Of a stretch of DNA of 64,000 nt, positions 20,841-29,095 are shown piece after piece; position 1 is the stretch's first letter; the number at the start of each line of letters is the position of its first letter. The notes under the pieces are model-generated. The model made no database searches and had not been told where the DNA came from. It saw only the letters and a program-made list of their open reading frames with translations. Origin of the DNA: Candidatus Collierbacteria bacterium RIFOXYD2_FULL_45_13. Lineage in GTDB: Bacteria > Patescibacteriota > Microgenomatia > UBA1400 > MFAQ01. The position numbers and the translations under genes were made by a program. The stretch is taken from positions 801,444-865,443 of the forward strand of contig MFAS01000001.1 in the NCBI GenBank assembly GCA_001774685.1, in the 5' to 3' direction.

Positions 20841-22506
20841 AGATCTCCTTTAATGTCTCGTTTTGTCGTGAACGGTATTTCTTCAAGGTGTCGGCATCCT
20901 TTCCAAACTTTTTCATAACCAGTCCAAGATGAAGTCCGCTGACAAAATGAGGAAAGATCACATATGAGGCTCCAGCATCGTACAGTAACGTCGCCTGAGC
21001 CACCGTTTCGGCATCGACGATCGTAGGTACAGCAATCCCCCTTTGCTTTATTAGAGTCAGGAGAGATAGTGAATCATCTATATCTTTAACTGTCGAAATA
21101 ATCATTTTAGCCTCAGACATATTGGTAAGCTCCAACACATCAGGATCGGAAGCATCCGCAAAGATAGCCTCTTCTCCCCTACTCTTAAGTTTATTAACAA
21201 TATCCGGATTGAAATCTACCACTAAAACTTTTTCCCCATTCTTTTTTAGAGATGATAATATGCTTCTGCCCGTTCGGTCACCACCCAACAAAACTACATG
21301 CTGCTTCATCGACATTACCGAACCCTTATTTATTCCATTAAACTTGAAAATTCTTGGAAATCTCTCTGATAAAAATTTATAAAGGAAAGACGACCTGTAT
21401 ATTATAATGGTGGACAAAACCATCGAAATCAGGCCGGCTACGGTGACTGCTGTCACCAGATTGCTACCCCAAAAGCCGGAAACCGATCCAAAGGATAAAA
21501 CAATCAAGCTGAATTCCGACAACTGAGTCATATTCACACTTACCGAAAAAGCAACTTTACCGGAAAGACCGCTCCATAGACAGCTTAGTTCCGCCGCAAT
21601 AAATTTAACGGCTAAGGATAAAATCACTAAACCAGAAACTAACACCCAGTCCACCTTTCCGGCACCTATCTCTAGCCCAAGAAGTACAAAAAATAATGTC
21701 AGGAAGATATCACGGAGCGTCTTTACCTTACTCACGATCTGAAAATGCCCCCAGCTGTTAGAAAGAGAAATACCGGCCAGGATTCCACCAATTTCAGGCG
21801 TTAAACCCAGTACCTTGACCGAAAAGAAAACTGACATAAAGAACCAGACCAAACTGATTAGTACCAGATCCTCCGATGATTTAATCAAATATTTTTCGAC
21901 TTGAGAAATTATGTAATGTCCGAAAACATTAATGCTCAAGAACAGAACCGCTATTTTAACAACTAATCCCAATAGTGCGGAAAGGTTGAGCCCAGTACCC
22001 AAACCCGGCATTAAAACCAACACAAAAATGGCCACCAGATCCTGAAGCAAAAGTATACCTAAACTTATTTTTCCACTATAGCTACCCAAATCCTTTTTTT
22101 CAGATAAAGTCTTGACCACAACGATGGTGCTACTAAAGGTTAGAGCGAAAGCAAGTAACAAGGAAGACAACATACCGAGGTGAAGTAACAAACTAGAGAA
22201 TCCCAAAAAGACAAAGCTCAGCAAAACAGTCTGGATTAGAAAAATCTTAATCACGGTTTTTCCCGTATTCTTTATCTCCCTTACATTCATTTCCAAACCG
22301 ACCAAAAACAATAAAAGCGTCACTCCCAAAGATCCTAAATAGCGCAAGGTGTCCACACTCTGAGAGCTAACTAATCCAGACAGTCCAAAAAGGAAGCCTG
22401 CCAACACCTGCCCAACGATGGAAGGCAAACCCATATATCTGAAGACTATTCCTAAAATAACCGCCGCGGTAAATACCGACATCAAGTTAACCAAAAATAC
22501 GTCCAT
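20824..22506 (-). CDS. Monovalent cation:proton antiporter (CPA2/Kef-type) with C-terminal RCK/TrkA-N domain
   Basis: About 12 transmembrane segments precede a Rossmann motif VVLLGGDRTGRSILSSLKKNGEKVLVVDFNPDIVNKL. Confidence 0.8.
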   Translation of the reverse strand: MDVFLVNLMSVFTAAVILGIVFRYMGLPSIVGQVLAGFLFGLSGLVSSQSVDTLRYLGSLGVTLLLFLVGLEMNVREIKNTGKTVIKIFLIQTVLLSFVFLGFSSLLLHLGMLSSLLLAFALTFSSTIVVVKTLSEKKDLGSYSGKISLGILLLQDLVAIFVLVLMPGLGTGLNLSALLGLVVKIAVLFLSINVFGHYIISQVEKYLIKSSEDLVLISLVWFFMSVFFSVKVLGLTPEIGGILAGISLSNSWGHFQIVSKVKTLRDIFLTLFFVLLGLEIGAGKVDWVLVSGLVILSLAVKFIAAELSCLWSGLSGKVAFSVSVNMTQLSEFSLIVLSFGSVSGFWGSNLVTAVTVAGLISMVLSTIIIYRSSFLYKFLSERFPRIFKFNGINKGSVMSMKQHVVLLGGDRTGRSILSSLKKNGEKVLVVDFNPDIVNKLKSRGEEAIFADASDPDVLELTNMSEAKMIISTVKDIDDSLSLLTLIKQRGIAVPTIVDAETVAQATLLYDAGASYVIFPHFVSGLHLGLVMKKFGKDADTLKKYRSRQNETLKEIYEGEY

Positions 22507-22509
22507 AAA

Positions 22510-23382
22510 TCATTCTAACGAAGATAGAAACTTTTCACAATCCATAGGCAAGGGAGCTTCCACCACGACCCTCTTGCCGTTGTACGCTTCAAACCCCAAA
22601 CTTGCTGCATGAAGAAAATGATGAGATAAACATTTTCTGTCTTCTCTTCCGAATTTTCTGTTCAGGTACTTATCGTCTGCAAATATCGGCCAGCCCAAAA
22701 ACGAAAGGTGTACCCTGATCTGATGGGTTCTTCCTGTTTTAAGATCTAATTTCAACAGAGTCAAAGCGTCTTTCCAGTGTTCGTGCCCACGGAAGACATA
22801 GCGCTTGATCACTTTCCAACCCGTAACCGCCCTCTTACCTTCATAATGCACCTGCCATTTTTCCCTGTCGTACAGGCTTCTCTTCAACGGCAAAACTGTT
22901 TCACCCATATCCGGCTCTACTCGCCCGTGAACCAAAGCCAAATAACTCTTGGTTAACTTCCTCTCCTTAAAAAGCTTTAGATAATAATGAAGTGCCTCGG
23001 GACTCTTGGCTATTAGCAAACACCCGCTCGTTTCCTTATCCAGCCGATGGCACACCCCGCTCCTCCCCCAGTACAAAGTACTATCCTTATCTTGAGTTCT
23101 AGAGTTCTGGAGTTCTTGAGTTCTTTCATACCACCCCTGCTCCTCCACCCAGTCTTGAACAGTCTGGCCGGTAATAGAGTCGGCTCTGTTTACCACCAAG
23201 CCCACAGGTTTATTAATCACCAGGCTGTCCTCATCCTCATACAATATCGGAATTTCCATTACCCTAAGTATACCCGCCCGCTCGGGTTGTTGCTCTAGTG
23301 TCTGCGGGTGGATACGAAAGAATATGAGGTTAAATACAATATCACCCCTGTCGAAATCATTACGTCTGAAAGATTGAACCAA
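22510..23382 (-). CDS. rluD: RluA-family pseudouridine synthase (RluD-like)
   Basis: Catalytic motif HRLDKETSGCLLIAKS. An S4-like N-terminus and the typical arrangement overlapping lspA are present. Confidence 0.85.
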   Translation of the reverse strand: MVQSFRRNDFDRGDIVFNLIFFRIHPQTLEQQPERAGILRVMEIPILYEDEDSLVINKPVGLVVNRADSITGQTVQDWVEEQGWYERTQELQNSRTQDKDSTLYWGRSGVCHRLDKETSGCLLIAKSPEALHYYLKLFKERKLTKSYLALVHGRVEPDMGETVLPLKRSLYDREKWQVHYEGKRAVTGWKVIKRYVFRGHEHWKDALTLLKLDLKTGRTHQIRVHLSFLGWPIFADDKYLNRKFGREDRKCLSHHFLHAASLGFEAYNGKRVVVEAPLPMDCEKFLSSLE

Positions 23383-23684
23383 AAAGGCAATCCAGGTAGA
23401 GTCAGATAGTCCCAGACGCCTCCCCAGAGTACACGAGCCAATAGGTTACCCATTCCACCTATGACCAGAAACAACACGCCTAAGTTACGTTTCGGGAGTT
23501 TAAAAACTGTCACCAGAAAAAGAACGTAGAAAACAACAGCGATTATTCGACCCAATCCAGGAACTAAACCAAACGAAACACCCGTGTTGAACTTTCCAAA
23601 CAACACCGTTTTTGACAGTAATTGTAAAAGAAAATCGAGAATTAAAACACCAATTAGAAATGGTGTCATTGTCTGTACGTTCAC
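23295..23684 (-). CDS. lspA: Lipoprotein signal peptidase (signal peptidase II)
   Basis: Motifs NTGVSFGL (NxGxAFG), GGMGNLLARV (GGAxGNxxDR-like), FNLSDVMI (FNxAD). The gene overlaps rluD as in many bacteria. Confidence 0.8.
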   Translation of the reverse strand: MNVQTMTPFLIGVLILDFLLQLLSKTVLFGKFNTGVSFGLVPGLGRIIAVVFYVLFLVTVFKLPKRNLGVLFLVIGGMGNLLARVLWGGVWDYLTLPGLPFWFNLSDVMISTGVILYLTSYSFVSTRRH

Positions 23685-24067
23685 TACTTCTGCTTCTTTT
23701 CCATCTCCCTCTCACAGCTCATGCAATACTCCGCTGTTGGGTTTACCGCCAACCTGTCGGTGTCAATCATTTTTCCACAATTAGCGCATATTCCATACTT
23801 ACCCAATTTGATCCTGGTAAGTGTCTTGCGAATGGCAATAATTGACCTGCTTACTTGGGATCTCATGGCAAACGATCGATCATGCTCAACATTTTCCGCC
23901 ACATCGGAATCGACTGAGTTGTCATCATCCCTATTCCCAACAATATACGGATCTACTTTCTTTAGCTCCCTCTTAGTCTCAATTAGCCTTTTTTTCTCAC
24001 CTTTAAGGTAAGAAATCAACGGACGTAATACCGAGATCGGAAACTTGATTTTTTTATTTTCTTCCAT
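23684..24067 (-). CDS. DksA/TraR-family C4 zinc-finger protein
   Basis: The C-terminus reads CANCGKMIDTDRLAVNPTAEYCMSCE (CxxC...CxxC), preceded by a coiled-coil region. Confidence 0.7.
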   Translation of the reverse strand: MEENKKIKFPISVLRPLISYLKGEKKRLIETKRELKKVDPYIVGNRDDDNSVDSDVAENVEHDRSFAMRSQVSRSIIAIRKTLTRIKLGKYGICANCGKMIDTDRLAVNPTAEYCMSCEREMEKKQK

Positions 24068-24788
24068 GTTTCAAAATTATTTTTATATCTTCAGACGCTG
24101 TCCTGCCAGACCTAATATACACTAAAACCATTCCACCGACAAACAAGAAGGTGCTCCATAAACATACGGTCAGGTCAAAGCCTCTAAACATTAGTCTTTC
24201 TACCAGATAAAGCACACCACCAGCTGATAGAGAAAACCCAGTAATAAGGCCGGACTTTGCGGAAGTCTTGTTACTTTTGTACCAGCTATATGTCCTGTAT
24301 TTAAGCTCGGCGTCCCAACCTACCCCAAAGATTACTAAATAAATCACTCCCAGCACCCCATACTGCCAAGAATAGGTAAGCAATGATAACCCTGCATGAA
24401 AGATCGCCACGCCGGACAAGATGCCTAGAGACACAAAGTCGAACCAATCCATAGCCTTGGCTTTATATCTTCGTACTGTCAAAAATACTCCCAAATAGAC
24501 CCCGGCCATTACTCCCCACCTGTCGATACCCGGATAATTAGAAAATAAAAAAACCCTTGAAAAATGTCCCCAAAAGGTGGGTAAATTCAGGATCACAAAG
24601 GTGAGCCTGCCTACAATAAAAGCCCAAAAAGCCGACATTACTACGCCATCCAAAATGTGAAACTCCTCAAGGTGAGATTCAACCGCTTTTTTGTAAAAGA
24701 CAAAGGATCCCCAGAGAAATGAGAGTGTAGCCAGTAGGCCAAACCCATATATAGCAATATCCCCGATTCTGTAGATGGCATCATTCAT
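24054..24788 (-). CDS. Polytopic membrane protein, possibly prolipoprotein diacylglyceryl transferase (Lgt)-like
   Basis: The 244-aa protein has about 7 transmembrane segments. Its position immediately upstream of dksA-like/lspA and Gly/Arg-containing loop segments support the call, but the canonical Lgt signature cannot be confirmed by eye. Confidence 0.35.
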   Translation of the reverse strand: MNDAIYRIGDIAIYGFGLLATLSFLWGSFVFYKKAVESHLEEFHILDGVVMSAFWAFIVGRLTFVILNLPTFWGHFSRVFLFSNYPGIDRWGVMAGVYLGVFLTVRRYKAKAMDWFDFVSLGILSGVAIFHAGLSLLTYSWQYGVLGVIYLVIFGVGWDAELKYRTYSWYKSNKTSAKSGLITGFSLSAGGVLYLVERLMFRGFDLTVCLWSTFLFVGGMVLVYIRSGRTASEDIKIILKHGRK

Positions 24789-24815
24789 GGTAAATAGAGT
24801 ATACTAAAAAAACAC

Positions 24816-25262
24816 ATGCTTTCGATCGCTCATGGATTAACCGGTGCCCTTATAGCTTCCAAGATACCCAATCCGATTCTTAGCATACCTCTAGTCTTAG
24901 CCTCACATTTCCTCGAAGATCGGGTTCCTCACTGGGACGTAGGTCAAGGGTTATCCAGTCAAAAAAAAAGTAAGCAGACCGCTTTTTTTCAAGAGCTGTT
25001 CTTCGACTTTCCTATCTCGATCCTTATCGTTTATTTGTTTTTTCAAATGGGACGTCCTTTTGATTGGCGACCATGGCTTGGTTGGTTTATCGGGCTGCTT
25101 CCTGACTTTATCGAGTTCCCCTATCTTTTTCTAAACCATCGCGGCTCTATGATCAAAAAGTTTGCTACTTTTCATACTTGGTGTCATCGGTCAACCCCCG
25201 ATCGGTTTTGGGGCATTCTCCCCCAAGTTCTGATTCTGCTACTCGTCCTCCTTCTAAAATAA
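24816..25262 (+). CDS. Membrane protein, hypothetical
   Basis: Hydrophobic ORF of 148 aa. Confidence 0.35.
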   Translation: MLSIAHGLTGALIASKIPNPILSIPLVLASHFLEDRVPHWDVGQGLSSQKKSKQTAFFQELFFDFPISILIVYLFFQMGRPFDWRPWLGWFIGLLPDFIEFPYLFLNHRGSMIKKFATFHTWCHRSTPDRFWGILPQVLILLLVLLLK

Positions 25263-25320
25263 CCAGCTTCGGAAAAAGGGGCTATAATCTGGACATCTTG
25301 CACCTTAAAGGAGAAACGAG

Positions 25321-25659
25321 ATGGATCTTTACCTTGTCTTTAAAAATGATAAGCACCAATTCTTAACCGATCCGGCTCCCGAACAGATGGAAGGCGCAGA
25401 AGTTCTCGCCCGCAGATTGAATCTGTCATTGGGCTGCCTGGAACGCGCAAAATTCTTGTTACTGGAAGTCGCGGCCTTTGACATGTTCAAACGGAGTTTG
25501 GAAAAAATGCTTCCCGATCGGCCAGTCTTCTTTTTCCAAATGGCCAAAGAATTTGACTCTCAGGTACCACCGGCCTTTTTGATCAACTGGCGCGCGATGG
25601 CGGAGTTTGGTCTTCGAGTACTCCAAAATCACTACCAACAGCTACCCACCCTGGCCTAA
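25321..25659 (+). CDS. Hypothetical protein
   Basis: The ORF has a TATAAT box at about 25285. A hairpin plus T-tract follows at 25684-25710. Confidence 0.3.
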   Translation: MDLYLVFKNDKHQFLTDPAPEQMEGAEVLARRLNLSLGCLERAKFLLLEVAAFDMFKRSLEKMLPDRPVFFFQMAKEFDSQVPPAFLINWRAMAEFGLRVLQNHYQQLPTLA

Positions 25660-25705
25660 TCCTGATTTGTTATCATCGCACCCTGCTTATTTGGCGGGGT
25701 TTTTC

Positions 25706-26266
25706 TTAATTCGCCCGTCCGGTATACTCTCCCGTTTCTGTGTTAATCTTTATTGAGTCTCCAGGGTTGATAAAAAGGGGCACCATGACCGTCAAGCCGG
25801 ATGCTGTCTTGGCAGGTTTCAAAACATTACTGACGGTATTTCCTCTGGCACCCGGGTCACTCTCTGTGATTTTCATAATCACCGAAGAAGGAACCTCCAC
25901 GCCTAAAATTTTCTCATCCCAAAATAGCACCCAAGCTTTTTCTCCTTCCACCAAGTAACTGACATCATCCCCCAGTACTTTCAGCGGGATCTCGAACTGG
26001 TCAAAGGATACCGGGTCCATAAAATAGCCTTTCTCGTCATCCTTATACAAGTACTGCAAGTGTTTCTTGTCCAGCAGAATATCCTCCACCATATTACCGG
26101 AGATAAAACCCTTAGTTACAATTGTCCCATTAAAAAGGTTTTTAGCCTTTACTTTGATCGTGGCGTTCCCCCTCCCCATCTTGGTAAAGTCGTATTTCAT
26201 CACCCTGAATGGCTGTCCTTCTTCAGTAAAAGTCACGCCTACTTTAAGCTTGTTTACATCTATCAT
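25706..26266 (-). CDS. efp: Elongation factor P
   Basis: The 186-aa protein starts MIDVNKLKVGVTFTEEGQPFRVMKYDFTKMGRGNATIKVKAKNLFNG, matching the EF-P KOW and OB domains. Confidence 0.9.
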   Translation of the reverse strand: MIDVNKLKVGVTFTEEGQPFRVMKYDFTKMGRGNATIKVKAKNLFNGTIVTKGFISGNMVEDILLDKKHLQYLYKDDEKGYFMDPVSFDQFEIPLKVLGDDVSYLVEGEKAWVLFWDEKILGVEVPSSVIMKITESDPGARGNTVSNVLKPAKTASGLTVMVPLFINPGDSIKINTETGEYTGRAN

Positions 26267-26372
26267 GCCTATATTTTACGCCTCAGAGGCCACTCCAAGC
26301 AACCCCAGATTGACAAAACCAGCCTCGTATGATAATATAGGCCATCTCTGTACAATCTGAAAAGGAGCTAGA

Positions 26373-26558
26373 ATGAACTCTGAAACCCGCGGTAAGCTAG
26401 CAATTGTCGTAGGCGTGATCATGATCATCGCCATCCTCGGCTTTGTCTTCTTCGGTGGTCCGATCGCCTCTCTGGGAGCCGGTCTCTCGCTCGCCATAGG
26501 CGGAATGATCGTCTTCGGCCTGGTGGCTTTCCACGTCGACCCAGACGACCATCACTAA
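26373..26558 (+). CDS. Small hydrophobic protein (61 aa, 2 predicted transmembrane segments)
   Basis: AAAGGAG ribosome-binding site. The protein is Gly/Ile-rich (LAIVVGVIMIIAILGFVFFGG...). A terminator follows at 26575-26600. Confidence 0.4.
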   Translation: MNSETRGKLAIVVGVIMIIAILGFVFFGGPIASLGAGLSLAIGGMIVFGLVAFHVDPDDHH

Positions 26559-26663
26559 ATGCCTCGATCCACACGAACCCGTCAAAAGGCGGGTTCTTTT
26601 AGCTCTCACGTATTTGATACAATATGGGTTATAGCCTCAGTAAGCACGCTAAAAAGGAGACAT

Positions 26664-26819
26664 ATGGTTACCATCGCACTGCTCGTCGTCTTTCTACTTA
26701 TCGCGAGTAAGGGATTCACTTTTGGTTGGGCCCTTTACTTAGTTGGCATGGTTATTCTTGCCACAGTCCTTCTCAGAATTCACCTGTACTTCGCGAACAA
26801 GAATCTTCACTCACAGTGA
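26664..26819 (+). CDS. Small hydrophobic protein (51 aa)
   Basis: AAAAGGAG ribosome-binding site 7 nt upstream. The sequence is MVTIALLVVFLLIASKGFTFGWALYLVGMVILATVLL... A terminator follows at 26826-26852. Confidence 0.4.
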   Translation: MVTIALLVVFLLIASKGFTFGWALYLVGMVILATVLLRIHLYFANKNLHSQ

Positions 26820-26882
26820 TCCAACCGAACCCGCTAATTGGCGGGTTTTTCATTGGTCTGGGTATAGTAAAATATCTCTATT

Positions 26883-26965
26883 GCCGGGATGGCGGAATGG
26901 TATACGCTCAGGTCTCAAAAACCTGTGGTCGCAAGGCCGTGAGGGTTCGATCCCCTCTCCCGGCA
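26883..26965 (+). tRNA. tRNA-Leu (anticodon CAA), class II with long variable arm
   Basis: Acceptor GCCGGGA/TCCCGGC. Anticodon stem CAGGT/ACCTG with loop CTCAAAA (anticodon CAA). A 15-nt variable arm. T-arm GAGGG-TTCGATC-CCCTC. Discriminator A. CCA is not encoded. Confidence 0.8.
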
Positions 26966-26976
26966 CATTGAAAAAT

Positions 26977-27000
26977 GCGCGCCTCGTGTGCGCTTTTTTT
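26977..27000 (+). terminator. Rho-independent terminator after tRNA-Leu
   Basis: GCGCGC-CTCGT-GTGCGC hairpin followed by T7. Confidence 0.5.
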
Positions 27001-27272
27001 AATGTCAAGATGGGGATCGAACACGCCGGAACCAGTTTCGTAACGAACCTGGTGAGGCAGGCCTTGAGGCACCGAAGGTGACCGAAAGCGATCCCCTCTC
27101 CCGGCACTAAACAAATATCCTCCACTCGCGGGGAGATATTTTGTTTTGACAATCAGAGGCTATTCAGTCAAGTAAATTCTCGCAAGACGCTCATGAGGGC
27201 GTCTTTTTCTTGACATATGGAGCCCTATAATCTACAATTCACCGAGTACGCAATTTGAAAAAAGGAGAAACC

Positions 27273-27641
27273 GTGAAGCTTAAAACCTTTTCGCTTGCTG
27301 TTATCGCGCTGATTCTGCTCGCAATGATCTTCCTATATTTCAACCAGCCGGCCGACATTTCACCCCTACCCATGTTCGTTGCTGGTGGCTTCGGTATTGC
27401 CCTCTATGCCTGGCTCTATCTGTTCTCAGTAGCAGATTTTGAATACGTCAAGATTCATTACAAAAAATATCTGATGGTACATCTGATGGAAGATCAGAGT
27501 TTCACCCCAGACCCCAAGCTCAAAATGCCTTCAAAACGCTTTTTTGGACGCTGGACGGTCTACTATGACGCGGCCCAAGAAATCGGTTATTGGCAAGACC
27601 ATCCGCTTTTCGGAGGCAAGTGGTACATCATGTATCACTAA
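27273..27641 (+). CDS. Membrane protein, hypothetical (GTG start preferred over the upstream TTG)
   Basis: AAAAGGAG lies 7 nt upstream of the GTG at 27273. Two predicted transmembrane segments, then a soluble C-terminus. Confidence 0.4.
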   Translation: MKLKTFSLAVIALILLAMIFLYFNQPADISPLPMFVAGGFGIALYAWLYLFSVADFEYVKIHYKKYLMVHLMEDQSFTPDPKLKMPSKRFFGRWTVYYDAAQEIGYWQDHPLFGGKWYIMYH

Positions 27642-27668
27642 TACTCCCAGACCCCGCAAGGGGTCTTT

Positions 27669-28454
27669 TTATTGTTTCACTCCACCAACCACATCCCTGA
27701 CCTTTATAATTTCATTTTTTCTAAACCCAAAGTCCGACCACGTTACAGCACCATCCGGAGCTTGGAAATTTGACTCTGCTAGATCCAGCCACTTCACAAT
27801 TGCATCCCGATACTCTTCCAACAGTCCCATATCTATAAGGGCTCTGCACAAATTGATGTACACACCGGACCTCCAAACAGCCCAAGTCGTAAAATCCCGG
27901 GCCTTTAGCTCTGCTCCTTCAGCGGTTGATTCATAATCGTCATAGAGTTTCTCGGCCGCCGCGACCGCAGCCTTTGTGTCTCCCAATCTCAGATCATCCA
28001 GGATCAGAAAACCACGATATTCAAAAGCAAGAGCCCGATTCTCACCAAACTTTGGGTCGAGAGCTACTTCAGCGATTGCCTTTTTGTAGTAATCAGCCGC
28101 CTCCTGATATTTTTTTTCATAGTCCGCCACCCGACCCAAAAATCTATGTATTCTGGATTCCCATTCCACCATCTTGTTCTTAGCCACATAGTCTCCGGCC
28201 ATTTCCACCGCCCTTTTCATATTTGCCAAAGCTTCCGGTTCGGCCTTTTCCATATACGAATGCTGATGTATCAGAGACTCCTCAAGATATAGCTGAACCA
28301 CCTCATCCGGCATCCCTCTATCCAGAGCGTACTCCCTCAACACCCTGATATCCTCCAAGGCCTCCTCCTGCTTCTGCGTATCTTCCCTCAACCTGGCCGT
28401 CTCCACCTTCAGACTCTCAAAATTCTCTGTTGTTATTTTGTCTTTAGTCAGCAT
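27669..28454 (-). CDS. Hypothetical alpha-helical (TPR-like) protein
   Basis: The 261-aa protein has repeated helix pairs rich in Ala, Tyr and Lys. Confidence 0.4.
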   Translation of the reverse strand: MLTKDKITTENFESLKVETARLREDTQKQEEALEDIRVLREYALDRGMPDEVVQLYLEESLIHQHSYMEKAEPEALANMKRAVEMAGDYVAKNKMVEWESRIHRFLGRVADYEKKYQEAADYYKKAIAEVALDPKFGENRALAFEYRGFLILDDLRLGDTKAAVAAAEKLYDDYESTAEGAELKARDFTTWAVWRSGVYINLCRALIDMGLLEEYRDAIVKWLDLAESNFQAPDGAVTWSDFGFRKNEIIKVRDVVGGVKQ

Positions 28455-28482
28455 ACTGTATATTTTATCACCGGCCTAACTT

Positions 28483-29076
28483 TCACCCCAACCTCTGCTC
28501 CACCTTATCCCAGTTAATTACCTCCCAAAATGCTTTGACATAATCAGCTCGTTTATTCTTGTATTTTAAATAGTACGCATGCTCCCAAACATCGATAGCC
28601 AAAAGTGGCTTAAACCCGTCAACCATCGGATTGTCCTGGTTAGCAGTCGACAATACTTCTAGAACCCCATCTTTATTTTGCACCAGCCATCCCCAACCGC
28701 TTCCAAATCTACCCAAAGCGGTCGCCTCAAAAATCTTCATAAACTCATCTACAGTCTCAAAAGATTTCTCCAGTTCTTTCATGAGCGATTCCCCGATATG
28801 ACCAATGCCCGGTGTCGTCAACTCCTCCCAAAAAAAATCATGATTCCACACACCACCGGCGTTATTTTTCACCACTGGTAATTCGGAAAAAAACAGTTCG
28901 GTTAATGTCTTTACCTGAAGGGGTTCGTTTTCTGCCAAGGCTTTGTTCAAATTGTCAACGTAAGCCTGATGATGCTTATCGTGGTGTATCGTCATTGTCT
29001 CTTTGTCAATCACCGGCTCTAGAGCATCATAAGCATAAGGTAAGGGATCTAACAAGTAAGGATAGGTTTTTATCAT
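28483..29076 (-). CDS. sodA: Superoxide dismutase (Fe/Mn family); start trimmed to MIKTYPY
   Basis: Motifs HHDKHHQAYVDNLN and DVWEHAYYLKYKNKRADYV are metal-ligand signatures. Confidence 0.9.
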   Translation of the reverse strand: MIKTYPYLLDPLPYAYDALEPVIDKETMTIHHDKHHQAYVDNLNKALAENEPLQVKTLTELFFSELPVVKNNAGGVWNHDFFWEELTTPGIGHIGESLMKELEKSFETVDEFMKIFEATALGRFGSGWGWLVQNKDGVLEVLSTANQDNPMVDGFKPLLAIDVWEHAYYLKYKNKRADYVKAFWEVINWDKVEQRLG

Positions 29077-29095
29077 AATTAAATATAGCAGGTGT

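Noticed and set aside
26726-27152. Five overlapping ORFs of 68-112 aa on both strands across the tRNA-Leu region.
   Set aside because: They overlap a well-formed tRNA and its terminator in multiple frames, and they have no ribosome-binding sites. They are ORF-finder noise.
27190-27215. TTGACA...TATAAT-looking promoter upstream of the 27273 gene.
   Set aside because: The spacer between the hexamers is only about 10 bp, too short for a sigma-70 promoter. The -35 assignment is probably wrong, so it was not listed as a feature.
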